The notes below the pieces were generated by a model. That model was given only the letters and a program-made list of their open reading frames with translations. It did no database searches and was not told the origin of the DNA. The translations under genes and the position numbers were made by a program. Of a stretch of DNA of 32,000 nt, positions 19,319-29,000 are shown one piece after another; positions within the stretch are counted from its first letter, which is position 1; every line of letters begins with the position of its first letter. Source of the DNA: Desulfobulbus propionicus DSM 2032 (GTDB taxonomy: Bacteria > Desulfobacterota > Desulfobulbia > Desulfobulbales > Desulfobulbaceae); NCBI RefSeq assembly GCF_000186885.1, contig NC_014972.1, forward strand, positions 600,001-632,000. The letters run 5' to 3'.

Positions 19319-21064
19319 TCATTCATAAATTGCTTGCGCCTGTTCCTTCTTCCCGTAGGGCGCCGCGGCAGGCTCGGCGAGCGTCCGCCGAATCTCGTCA
19401 AAATCCGAGGCCGTTTGGACGAGGGCCTCGACAATGGCCGGATCAAACCGTTGGCCCGCCATGCTGACGATGTGCTGCACCGCCTCCTGATGCGAAAGCC
19501 GCTGGGACGGATCAAGGGTTGCGGTGAGCTCCTCATAGGTGTCGGTCACGGCCATGATGCGGGCTTCCAGAGGGATGTCGCCGCCACGAAGTCCATGGGG
19601 ATACCCCTGGCCATCCCAACGTTCATGATGGAAGTAGGCGATATTTTTGGCCAGCGATAAAAATAGGCTACCCTTGGCCTCCTCTTCCATGGCTTTGATC
19701 AGGTCGCCGCCTTTGCGGGGATGCTGACGCAACACGGCTTCTTCCTCCGCCGTGAGCCTGGTGCTGTTCTTGAGAATCCTGTCGGGGATGGCCACCTTGC
19801 CGATGTCGTGCAGGATGGCGCCCTGATAGAGGCTGTGCATATAGGTCGGGGTGATGCTGCTGTCGTAGGGCGGATGACGCGCGAGTTCCGCGGCCAGGAT
19901 ACGGCAATATTCGCGAATTCGTTCAAGATGATTGCCCGGCGTCACATCCCGGTATTCCGAAAGGTTGGCCAAGGCGAGAATGGCCGCATTTTCCATCTGT
20001 TTGATTTTGTCGAGTGACACAAGCAGATTCTGTTCCAACTCCTTGCGGATGCCGATATCGCGGAGAACCAACTGCAGGCCAAGGTGATCGTCACCACGCA
20101 GCAACAGGGCGCCGCTGATTTCCATCTCTAGGGGGCCCCCTTGATAAGATTGCAGGGTGATGTGCCAAGCGGAAATCGGTTTGCCCTGAATAAGCGGGGC
20201 AAACAGTTCGCTTGCTACCCGGTGCCGGTCTTCGGGAAGAACCGCGTCATAAAAGGATGCGCCCTCCGGCGGTTTCCCTCCGTAAAAATGGCGCTGGTAG
20301 GAGCGGTTCGCCTGGAGCAGATCCCCTTGCTCGCTGACCAGAATCACGTCGTCGGCAATGGCTTGATAGAGAATCATGTAGCGCTGTTCCGTGGCCTGCT
20401 GTTCGGCGGTTCTTCGCTTGACTTCCCGTTCCAGATGGTCGGCTTGCCGTTGCAGCTGATCGGCGGCTTCGTGTTCTGCCCGCCGCAACCGGTATTCCCG
20501 GCTCCGGGCCGTGGTGTCGGCCCAGCTCTGGGTGGCGGCGATGAACACGAAGCAGGTCATGAAAAACAGGTTGCTGAACAAACTTAGCCACTGGTATTCG
20601 CTCAGCGACTCCAGCAAGGAGACGGAAACGAGATAGATGCAGATCAGGGCGAAACCGCTGATCAGGGTCTGGGCAACGGTGAGCGGCGCCAGAGCGGTGT
20701 AGATGGTCATGGCGACGATCAGGCCGACGTAATAGGAGGAGGTCACGCCGCCCAGGCGATGCACGGTGAGGAGGATGACGGTACCGGCACAGAGATAGCC
20801 GGCAAAACCAATGGCCCAGGCCAGGCGGTGGTGGCGGTCGAAAAAGTTGGCCACCAGCAGAAGACCGACAAAACCGACGGCACACAGCCGGTAACGGAGA
20901 AACTCGAAGAAATGCTCGGTGATCAGCAGATAATCGAGCAGGGTGAAAAGCAGCATGACGCCCATGCCCACCCCCAGAATCAAGTAGACCCGCTGGTGGT
21001 GCAGCTGTTGTGACTCCTGCTCAAACTGGTGATCAGCGTTGCGCATGCGAAGCCCTGCTTTCAC
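19319..21064 (-). CDS. membrane-anchored HD-GYP domain protein (581 aa)
   Basis: Several N-terminal TM segments, PAS-like region, HD-GYP motifs GAILHDIGKVAIPDRIL and YFHHERWDGQGYPHGLRGGDIP. GTG start overlapping the upstream stop as GTGA (21061-21064); ATG at 21046 also possible. Confidence 0.9.
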   Translation of the reverse strand: MKAGLRMRNADHQFEQESQQLHHQRVYLILGVGMGVMLLFTLLDYLLITEHFFEFLRYRLCAVGFVGLLLVANFFDRHHRLAWAIGFAGYLCAGTVILLTVHRLGGVTSSYYVGLIVAMTIYTALAPLTVAQTLISGFALICIYLVSVSLLESLSEYQWLSLFSNLFFMTCFVFIAATQSWADTTARSREYRLRRAEHEAADQLQRQADHLEREVKRRTAEQQATEQRYMILYQAIADDVILVSEQGDLLQANRSYQRHFYGGKPPEGASFYDAVLPEDRHRVASELFAPLIQGKPISAWHITLQSYQGGPLEMEISGALLLRGDDHLGLQLVLRDIGIRKELEQNLLVSLDKIKQMENAAILALANLSEYRDVTPGNHLERIREYCRILAAELARHPPYDSSITPTYMHSLYQGAILHDIGKVAIPDRILKNSTRLTAEEEAVLRQHPRKGGDLIKAMEEEAKGSLFLSLAKNIAYFHHERWDGQGYPHGLRGGDIPLEARIMAVTDTYEELTATLDPSQRLSHQEAVQHIVSMAGQRFDPAIVEALVQTASDFDEIRRTLAEPAAAPYGKKEQAQAIYE

Positions 21065-22785
21065 GATGTCCGTGCCCTGTCACGGGTCAGTCGGGTGCCG
21101 GCACTTTTGAACTCCTGTTCCCTCCTCAAGAAGGCCTCCACGATGACCGGATCGAAGCGCCGGCCGCTTTCCTCGGCAATCAGTCGGCGGGCCTGCTCAT
21201 GGGGATAGGCGGGTTTGTAGGGCCTGGTCGAGGTCAGGGCATCATAGACATCGGCCAGGGCGATGATGCGGGCCGAAAGCGGTATGGCTTCTCCGGCCAG
21301 GCCGTATGGATAGCCCCTTCCATCCCAGCGTTCATGATGATAGCGGGTGATTTCCTGGCCAAGGCGGAGAAAGGAGAGACTTTCCGAGCCTTTCTCCGCC
21401 GATGCCAGGGCGTTGCTGCCGTAGGTGCAATGCCGTTGCATGGTCTCGTATTCCTCGGCGGTCAATCGGCCCGGTTTCAGCAGGATGGCATCGGAAATTC
21501 CTATTTTGCCGATGTCGTGGAGCAGGGAGGAGAGGCAGAGATCGTCGATGAAATGTTCGGTGATGACCGACTGCAGTTCCGGGACGGTGGCGAGCTCGAC
21601 CGCCAGAATTCGGGTGTAGGCACGGATGCGGAGCAGGTGGGCACCGGTGGTGTCGTCCCGGCATTCGGCCAGGCGCGCCAATCCGAAGATGGCCGCCTGC
21701 CGCGAGGTGTCGAGCAGCTGCTTGGATTCCAGGACCCGTGTTTCCATCTCCTTGGTCAGGCTGATGTCGCGGATAATCAATTGACAGCATTCTCCATGTT
21801 CTGGAAGATGGACCGTGTTGCCACTCAGTTCGACTTCGAGGGGGCGGCCCCGATAGGTCAGCATCTGCATCTGCACCCCCTTGATCCGTTCGCCCCGGCG
21901 TATGCGGGTGAGCACGTCGCCATGGAACAGCTCCCGCTCGTGCGGGGGGAGGAAATCGGAAAAGGGCCTGTTTTCCAGCAGCTGCGACGAGCATTCAAGC
22001 AGGTCGGCGCCATGCGGGTTGATCATGCGGATCATGCCGTGCATGTCGATCAGGACCACCAGATCGAGGAGGTTGTTGTAGAGGTCGCGGAATTTGAGAT
22101 CCGATTCTTCCAACAGGGCCAGCCGCTCCCGCACCAGCGATTCGAGATTGCCGGTATAGCGCTTGAGTTCGCGGCTGATGGTTTGCAAACTCTTTTGTGC
22201 CCGCAGCGAGCGCAGTTGGGTGTGGAATTCGTCAAAACACTGCACCGTGGTGACGATGACAAGGGTAAAGAAAAAAAAGCTGTTGTTGATCACATACATC
22301 AGTTCCGGCCGGTCAAGCGGCCGGTCATTGACGTAGACGGTGAGCGCATACACCAGATACATGGACGCGCCGAGCCGCAGGGCCTGGGCGACCGTCAGCG
22401 GCAGCACGGAAAAGGCCCCGGCAATCATCAACAGGATGCCGACGTAATAGCCCGAGGCGAAGCCTCCCAACTTGACGGTCATCAGGGAAATGACCAGGGT
22501 GCCGAGCAGCATGACGGCGAACATGATGGCCGGGGTGTGGCGTCTGATGGGGGGCAGATGGAGGATGGCCAGCAGGCCGAGCATGATCAGCACATAGCTG
22601 AGGCGATAGAACAAAAAGAGCGGAAAAAAAGAGCGGGCATGGACGTAATCGAGCAGGGCAAAGAGGGAGAAGAACACCACCCCCAACCACAGGCAGATAC
22701 GGGTGCGCTGATAGAAGAGTTCCTCCATCTCCTCATGCACCGGTACGGCTTGGGTACCGGTTGTCGAGGGTTTTTTGCGCATCAC
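21061..22785 (-). CDS. membrane-anchored PAS/HD-GYP domain protein (574 aa)
   Basis: TM region, PAS-like segment (FRDLYNNLLDLVVLIDMHGMIRMINPHGADLLECSS), HD-GYP motifs SLLHDIGKIGISDAIL and HHERWDGRGYPYGLAGEAIP. GTG start (22785, followed by ATG) overlapping the upstream stop. Confidence 0.92.
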   Translation of the reverse strand: MMRKKPSTTGTQAVPVHEEMEELFYQRTRICLWLGVVFFSLFALLDYVHARSFFPLFLFYRLSYVLIMLGLLAILHLPPIRRHTPAIMFAVMLLGTLVISLMTVKLGGFASGYYVGILLMIAGAFSVLPLTVAQALRLGASMYLVYALTVYVNDRPLDRPELMYVINNSFFFFTLVIVTTVQCFDEFHTQLRSLRAQKSLQTISRELKRYTGNLESLVRERLALLEESDLKFRDLYNNLLDLVVLIDMHGMIRMINPHGADLLECSSQLLENRPFSDFLPPHERELFHGDVLTRIRRGERIKGVQMQMLTYRGRPLEVELSGNTVHLPEHGECCQLIIRDISLTKEMETRVLESKQLLDTSRQAAIFGLARLAECRDDTTGAHLLRIRAYTRILAVELATVPELQSVITEHFIDDLCLSSLLHDIGKIGISDAILLKPGRLTAEEYETMQRHCTYGSNALASAEKGSESLSFLRLGQEITRYHHERWDGRGYPYGLAGEAIPLSARIIALADVYDALTSTRPYKPAYPHEQARRLIAEESGRRFDPVIVEAFLRREQEFKSAGTRLTRDRARTS

Positions 22786-24296
22786 TCCTTGGTCGCCATG
22801 GCAAAGAGGTTGACGCCGGCCTGTTCCACCAGGATTTCCACCCGATCGCCAAAGGGGGTCGATGCGAACAGCGCGCGCAGATCGTCACTGGTGCGGTAGA
22901 TCAGCTCCCATTTGAGCAGCTTGTCGAGGAACAGGCAGTCGGGATAGAAGGTGAAGTTGCCGAGCAGCAGGGTGCCGCCTGGCTTGAGATGGCGGTGGCA
23001 CTGGTTGATCAGGGCGCGGAACAGGCGTGGGTCGAGATAATCGCACAGTCCGGCCGAATAGATGATGTCCAGCGGCTCGATGTGGTGCTTGGCCCGGCCC
23101 AGGGCCCATTTGATCACGTTTTCGCTCATCAGCCGGATGGAGGCGCGGTGAGGGAAAATGTTGACATGCTGGTTGGTGTACTGCAACGCCTCGGAGTCGA
23201 TGTCGACGCACAGGGCCTCGATGGTCTCGCTGTACTCGCACTCGGCGAGGAAATCAAACAGCTCCCGGTTGGGTCCGCAGGCCAGGTTCATGATTCGGGT
23301 GATGCCGCCCCGCGCGGCAATGGCGCCGCTGAGGCGCATCAGCTGTTCCTTGAGCAGGATGCGCCGACCGCGGATGGCCAGCGAGCCGGGCCGCTGGAGG
23401 CAGAAGTCGTCGATGATTTCGCCGAGCTTGCCATCCCCCTTGGGAATGTTGGCATAGATGTGCTCCATCATGAGGAAATCGCCGGCATAGCCCTTGGGCT
23501 TGAAGTAGGCGCGTTCGGCAAAGCGGCTGCGCATCAGATAGGGGAAGATCTCCTTGAACACATACCCCCACATTACCTCGTCATAGCCGCTGCCGGTCAT
23601 GGTCTGCTCGAATTCGGCCAGCGAGCCATTGAGCTCGCCCATGACCGCGATGCAGCGGGCCTCGCTGTCCGGGTCGCGTTTCCCCTCGGCCTCGGTCTTT
23701 TGCAACCGGTGGGAAAGATTGAACAGCTCGGATTTGAATCCCTCCATCCGGCTGCTGATCGTGTGCCATCGGGAGGAGTGGGTCAGCGGCGGGGGCAACG
23801 GCTTGGCCTCGGTGTAGCGGCTGGCGTGGCGGGTGGAGAGCGATTCGGCATACCCGGCGATCGGCTCCCGTTCCCCGGCGATCCGGCGGAATTTGCCGCA
23901 GATTTTCTGGGTGAGGAAGACGATGAAATCGGTGAACAGCCCGGGATTGCCGGCCCGCAGGCTGTCCATGACCGCGCCGTCGAAGATGGCGACCCGGGCC
24001 TCGCCCACCGCCTGGATGTCACGAACCCGCGATTCGCCGTCGAAATAGCCGATTTCGCCGAAAAATTCCCCGGAACCGATCAGGGCCACGGTGATGCGGG
24101 TATCGGATCGGTCGGTATAGCTGACCTCCACCGAGCCGCTGGCCAGGTAATAAAAGGCGTTGGTCGTCGTGCCCGGCGACAGGATCGGCTCGCCAGCGGC
24201 AAAGTCGCGCACCGTGGCAAAAGCGAGCACGGCATCGAGCAAGGGAGGGGTTTGGACGTCCGGTGCGGCGGTCGAGGTGTGGGCAAGGTGTGTCAT
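22782..24296 (-). CDS. cyclic nucleotide-binding domain fused to a SAM-dependent methyltransferase-like domain (resembles proteins annotated as extracellular-factor/3-OH-palmitate methyl ester synthesis, PhcB-type)
   Basis: N-terminal cNMP-like fold (FAAGEPILSPGTTTNAFYYLASGSVEVSY...ALIGSGEFFGEIGYFDGESRVRDIQAVGEARVAIFD); C-terminal methyltransferase-like pattern (ITRIMNLACGPNRELFDFL...ALCVDIDSEAL...DIIYSAGLCDYL...LKPGGTLLLGNF). Confidence 0.82.
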   Translation of the reverse strand: MTHLAHTSTAAPDVQTPPLLDAVLAFATVRDFAAGEPILSPGTTTNAFYYLASGSVEVSYTDRSDTRITVALIGSGEFFGEIGYFDGESRVRDIQAVGEARVAIFDGAVMDSLRAGNPGLFTDFIVFLTQKICGKFRRIAGEREPIAGYAESLSTRHASRYTEAKPLPPPLTHSSRWHTISSRMEGFKSELFNLSHRLQKTEAEGKRDPDSEARCIAVMGELNGSLAEFEQTMTGSGYDEVMWGYVFKEIFPYLMRSRFAERAYFKPKGYAGDFLMMEHIYANIPKGDGKLGEIIDDFCLQRPGSLAIRGRRILLKEQLMRLSGAIAARGGITRIMNLACGPNRELFDFLAECEYSETIEALCVDIDSEALQYTNQHVNIFPHRASIRLMSENVIKWALGRAKHHIEPLDIIYSAGLCDYLDPRLFRALINQCHRHLKPGGTLLLGNFTFYPDCLFLDKLLKWELIYRTSDDLRALFASTPFGDRVEILVEQAGVNLFAMATKE

Positions 24297-24366
24297 GACA
24301 AGGTCCTCGCAAGAGGTGGGGATGGCCGCCGGCTAAACGGGCGGAGGGAATGCTGGGCAGAATGGC

Positions 24367-25659
24367 TCAAAACGAGGCGATCACGCCGACGGTCACTGCA
24401 TGGGCTCCGCCGTCGGTGAAGGTGCCGTCAATGCCGGAGGCGTTCGTGACCGATCGGGTGCGGGTACGATGGTACATGTACGACATCCCCAGTTCCATGG
24501 CCGGCGAATAGCGGTAGCGCAGACCGGCGCAATAGACCGTCGCGTCGGTGTCCGGCAATTCAAAGCCCAAGGTTTCGCTGGGCACGGGCGTTTCATCGTA
24601 GGCAAAGCCCAGGGTGGTGGTCCAGCGGTCATTCCATGTATAGGTCAGACCGAGCCGATAGGCGTCGGTGTCCTGCCAATTCTTGGCCACGGCACGATCA
24701 AAGACGTCGAAAGCGGTTCCGAGAAAATCCTGTCCGTACTGAAAATCCAGCTGCGCAAACGACGACCAAAAGGTCCGGTCCCATCCCAGTTCCACGGTCA
24801 ACCGCTCAAAGGTGTAGGCTGTGGCCAGGCTGAACACGGCCGGCAGGGTGACGCCGATGGCCGAGGAGCCGGAATAGGGGGAAAGCGATGTTGCCTCCAG
24901 CAGGGCCCTGAGCTGGCCGTCACCCGAGAGGTTGAGATCGACCTCCGATCTGTAGGTGGCGGCAATGGTCCATTGTTCGACCGGCCGGAGGGAGAGGGCG
25001 AGATTGTAGCCCAGTTGGGTGTCGCTGCCGTCGGACGAGCGGCTGAGGGTGGTCAGGGGGGCGATTTGCGCCAGCGGCGGATTGAGCAACTCGCTTTCCA
25101 CCTCGCCTTTGCCGTAGATGACGCTCAGACCGCCACCAATGCTCAGCCACGGACGCACCTGGTAGGCGACCGTCGGGTTGGCCTCGACGATCAAGAGGGA
25201 AAATTCCTCGGCGCTGGCCTGGGGAAAGGGCTGATTCCAGCGCTTGGACAGGCCATAGGGATAGGTGAGCGAAAACCCGAAGCGCAGATCGTTGTATTGC
25301 GGCGACGCGGCATGGATCAGCGGCATGAAGAACAGCTCGTCCTCCGACGACCCGTTGAATGTCGAGCTGCGGTGGTCCGAGTAGGTGATCGACGGCAGGT
25401 GCAGGGCGGTCAAGCTGGTTTCCGCTTGCCATTGATCGGCCAGCCACGCCATGTTGGCCGGATTGTAGTAGCTGGAATCCGGTCCGGGCGTATGGGCGAT
25501 GTGGGCACCCGCCAACCCCACGGCGCCGAGGGATTGGTTGGTGATGCGAAAACCCGAGGCTTCGGCCGTCCCTTGCAGGGCGGCCAGCGTCAGCACCAGG
25601 CCGTGGGCAACGGCCCCGGGCCAAAGCCGACGCGGCAAGGACTTCCCGTGTGGTGTCAT
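24367..25659 (-). CDS. FadL/OmpP1/TodX family outer membrane transporter
   Basis: After a signal peptide: SGFRITNQSLGAVGLAGAHIAHTPGPDSSYYNPANMAWL, the FadL N-terminal signature; beta-strand-rich remainder ending in Phe. ATG preceded by GGAGA. Confidence 0.92.
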   Translation of the reverse strand: MTPHGKSLPRRLWPGAVAHGLVLTLAALQGTAEASGFRITNQSLGAVGLAGAHIAHTPGPDSSYYNPANMAWLADQWQAETSLTALHLPSITYSDHRSSTFNGSSEDELFFMPLIHAASPQYNDLRFGFSLTYPYGLSKRWNQPFPQASAEEFSLLIVEANPTVAYQVRPWLSIGGGLSVIYGKGEVESELLNPPLAQIAPLTTLSRSSDGSDTQLGYNLALSLRPVEQWTIAATYRSEVDLNLSGDGQLRALLEATSLSPYSGSSAIGVTLPAVFSLATAYTFERLTVELGWDRTFWSSFAQLDFQYGQDFLGTAFDVFDRAVAKNWQDTDAYRLGLTYTWNDRWTTTLGFAYDETPVPSETLGFELPDTDATVYCAGLRYRYSPAMELGMSYMYHRTRTRSVTNASGIDGTFTDGGAHAVTVGVIASF

Positions 25660-25727
25660 GGCGGATCTCCCGAGAAAACCGGTTGTTCTTCCGGATCAGT
25701 CTCCGACTCAAGGTTAATAGCAATTGA

Positions 25728-25736
25728 ATTATAGCA
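25728..25736 (-). promoter_or_regulatory. candidate extended -10 promoter for the fadL-like gene
   Basis: Minus strand reads TGCTATAAT (TGn plus TATAAT), about 70 nt upstream of the ATG at 25659. No good -35. Confidence 0.5.
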
Positions 25737-25760
25737 TTGATTTGAAAAAGTAAAATCAAT
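25736..25760. repeat. perfect 8-bp inverted repeat in the -35 area of the fadL-like gene, candidate operator
   Basis: attgattt (25736-25743) gaaaaagta aaatcaat (25753-25760). Confidence 0.6.
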
Positions 25761-26025
25761 TTAACCCGGATCGTGCCTCCAGGGGTGCTTCTGCGGCGTC
25801 TGGATAAGGCCGACGGGGCGAAGGCCCGCTTGTTGATCGGGCGGGGTGTCGCCAGTCAAGCTCATCATGGATGTTGTTGGCGAAAAAATTTTGTGCGGCA
25901 GGCCGTTTATGGCACACTGCGTTCATGAGCGTTTGTGCACGGGGTCCGTTGGTGGGCGATGACACGAAAAGAGCCTTTTCGGGGCCAGCGAGGCGAATCA
26001 GAACGGGATTGGTGAAAAAAACAAT

Positions 26026-29000
26026 ATGAGATCAATATGTTATTCTCCTATTTGGATTGCGCTGTCATTGCTGCCGGCGGTACAAGCGGCCGCGGCGCTT
26101 CCTGCGGCCTTCGATCTGCGCGACATCGACGGCCACAGCTTTATCGGCGGAGTGCGCGATCAAGGGAATTGCGGCAGTTGCTATGCCTTTGGCGCCGTGG
26201 CGGCGGCGGAGAGCACCTGGAACCGTGCCCATGGCTTGTATGACGAACAGGCCATCGATCTCTCCGAGGCATTCATGGTCTGGAGTCTCGGGCCTCTATA
26301 CGAGGGGATGGATGGGTGCAATGGCGGCAACATCCTTGACCCCATGAACGCCGTGGTTGAATACGGTGTGCCGGTGGAAAAGGTTTTTCCCTATCCCCTG
26401 CAGGATGACCAATGGACGGTCATCGAACCTGCCATCGGCCAGCATTGGGATGCTCCACGCCACCTCCTGCTCGATTGGTATCCTATTCCCCCCAACGACA
26501 TCGAGACCGTCAAACGGGTTTTGCACTCCATTGGCGCCATCCGCGCATCCGTTCTGGTCGAGGATGATTTCCAAAGGTATTCCAGTGGAATTTTTTCCAA
26601 CGACTACACGGCCATTGATTATATTATCCCCTATTATTCCAGTTCCAATCATGCGGTCAGCTTGGTGGGCTGGAACGATGCCCCCGGTCCGGAGGGCATG
26701 GGAAGCTGGATCTTGCGCAACAGCTGGAATGATTATTGGGGCGAGGATGGCTACATGCGCATCAGCTACATGTCCGCGGGCGTCAATCTGAAAAATTCCT
26801 ACCTGATCGCCGTCCCCTGGAGCGGTGAGAGCGTCGAGCTGGAAAACGACGGCCGATTGACGGCCCGTCCTTGGAGCGCCGGTGGCACGCTCAATGCCTA
26901 TGGTGTTGATCTGTGGGGCGGCGCCGCCAGCTCGGTGACCAATCGCGGCACCATCCTGGCCGAGGCGGACGGGGGGGAGGCGCTGACCACGGCCAGGGGC
27001 GTGTACCTCTGGGGCGGTCCGGAGGGATGGGTGACCAACAGCGGCGAGATTGCCGCCGTTGCCGCCAGCGCGACCAATCAGGCTATTGCCCATGGCATCA
27101 CGCTCCAAGGCGGTCTGGTGGACAATGCCGGCCGGATCAGCGCCGAGGCCGGCAGTGAAGCGAAACAGGCCCTGGCCTTTGGCGTGTGGGCCGCCAACGG
27201 CGGCAATCCTTTGACCGTGCGCAACAGCGGCACCATCACCGCCTCCACCAATGACGGTGTCCTGAACAGCGCCTACGGCATCTGGGGCGACAGCCGCGCG
27301 GGAATAACGGTCAGCAACAGCGGCATCATCGAGGCTTTTGGCCAGGAATGGGCGGTGGGCGCCTTGCTCTCCAATGGCCCCGTCCTGCTCGACAACAGTG
27401 GCACCGTCGCCGCGTCAGCCGATCCCGATACTGGAGTCGCGGTCGGCATCCTGACGACCAACCCGGGAACGATCGTCAACAGCGGCACGGTTCGCGGCCA
27501 AACCTTTTCCATCAATGCCTGGGACGATACGCAGCTGGTGCTGCGGACCGGCTCCGATCTCATCGGATCGGTGCTGTTGGAAGGACGCGCCGACCAGGTC
27601 CGACTTGCCGGGAGCGGCAGGGAAGATGAACGTTTTGCCGGAGTCGAAACCCTGATCATGGCGGGGTGGGACTGGACGCTCGCCGGTGATTCCACGTTCG
27701 GTTCCATCCGGGTCGTGGGTGGCCGGCTGGGCATCGACGGCGTGGTGCACGGGAACACCACGGTTCATGCCGGCGGCACCCTGGCAGGCAGCGGAACCGT
27801 GGTTGGTGAGGTGGTCAGTTCTGGCAGGGTGGCCCCCGGTCGCTCGATTGGACATCTGACCATCGACGGCGATTTTCGTCAAAACGCCAACGGCCTCCTG
27901 GCCATCGAAATCGGACGGGATAGCGCCGATCTGCTCACTGTCACCGGCACCGCCTCCCTGGACGGAACCCTGCGGGTCCTTCCCGACGGGTATGCTGCCG
28001 GCGGCTATTATACGTTCCTCGATGCCGGTGCCCTCGACGGCTCTTTCACCCTGGCACAAGGTGCGGCGGTTCTCGATGTCGACCTGGTGCCGCTCGGCTC
28101 CGACGGCTTGGCCCTGGAGGTCAGCCGCAACCGCTACGCCGATCTGTCGACGCCTGGCAACCACGGCATCGCCGCCAATCTGGACATGGTGCGCTCCACG
28201 GCGGCAGACGATTTCGCCGATGTCCTCGATCGCCTTGATCTGGCCATGACGAGCGACGATATGAACGCCTCGCTTGCTCAAATGACCCCGCGCATCCATG
28301 GGCTGGCCACCGTCCTTGCCCTGGATGACGGCCAGGCCGGCTTGGACAGTGTGCGCCGCCGCATGGAGCGGTTCGCCCCGACGGAGGACAGGGCGCGGGA
28401 CAACGGCCGCTCGACCACCGTCTGGATGGAGGCCCCTGGTCGCCATGGTCGGTACGACGCCGACGGGAACTCTTTCGGCGCCAGGAGCCATTCATTCGGC
28501 ATGTTGCTTGGCCTGGAGCGCACGACGGTCCATGGTCTGACCGTCGGCATGACGGGAGGGATCACGAAAAGCCGCTACCAATCGGACAGCGGCGGCGACG
28601 AAGGGGAAAACGCGAGCCTGCAGGGGTACCTGTACGGCTTTTGGCGCGATCCCCAGACCATGGACGGTTGGCGTTGGGGTGGGGCGATCGGCACCGGCGT
28701 GATCGATCTTGAAGGCGACCGCCATCTCTCCTTTGCCGGCCGACAGAGCCACAGCGACCATGACGCGCACTTGTTGGCGGGCACCCTTCTGGGCGGATAC
28801 GACTGGAGGTTCGGCAACTGGATCCTTGGTCCGACCCTGGGGCTCAACTGGGTTGCGCTCGACGAGGAGGGCTTTGCGGAATCCGGGGCCGGCAGTGCCG
28901 ATCTGATCATGCGGTCCCGGGAGAGCGATTCCCTGCAAGGAGTGGTCGGCGGGCGGATCGCCCATCCGTTCTCCTGGCAGGAACTGGTGCTTGAACCTGA

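Noticed and set aside
21010-24419. Long plus-strand ORFs (21010..22899, 629 aa; 22761..24419, 552 aa)
   Set aside because: They are antisense shadows of the HD-GYP and cNMP-methyltransferase genes in high-GC codon-biased DNA. The translations show no recognisable domain, whereas the minus-strand proteins do.
24400-25734. 444-aa plus-strand ORF
   Set aside because: Antisense shadow of the FadL-like gene.
25910-25930. tggcacactgcgttc as a sigma54 (-24/-12) promoter for the autotransporter
   Set aside because: The TGGCAC matches, but no GC dinucleotide occurs at the required spacing for the -12 element.
27415-28491. 358-aa minus-strand ORF
   Set aside because: Antisense shadow of the autotransporter passenger.
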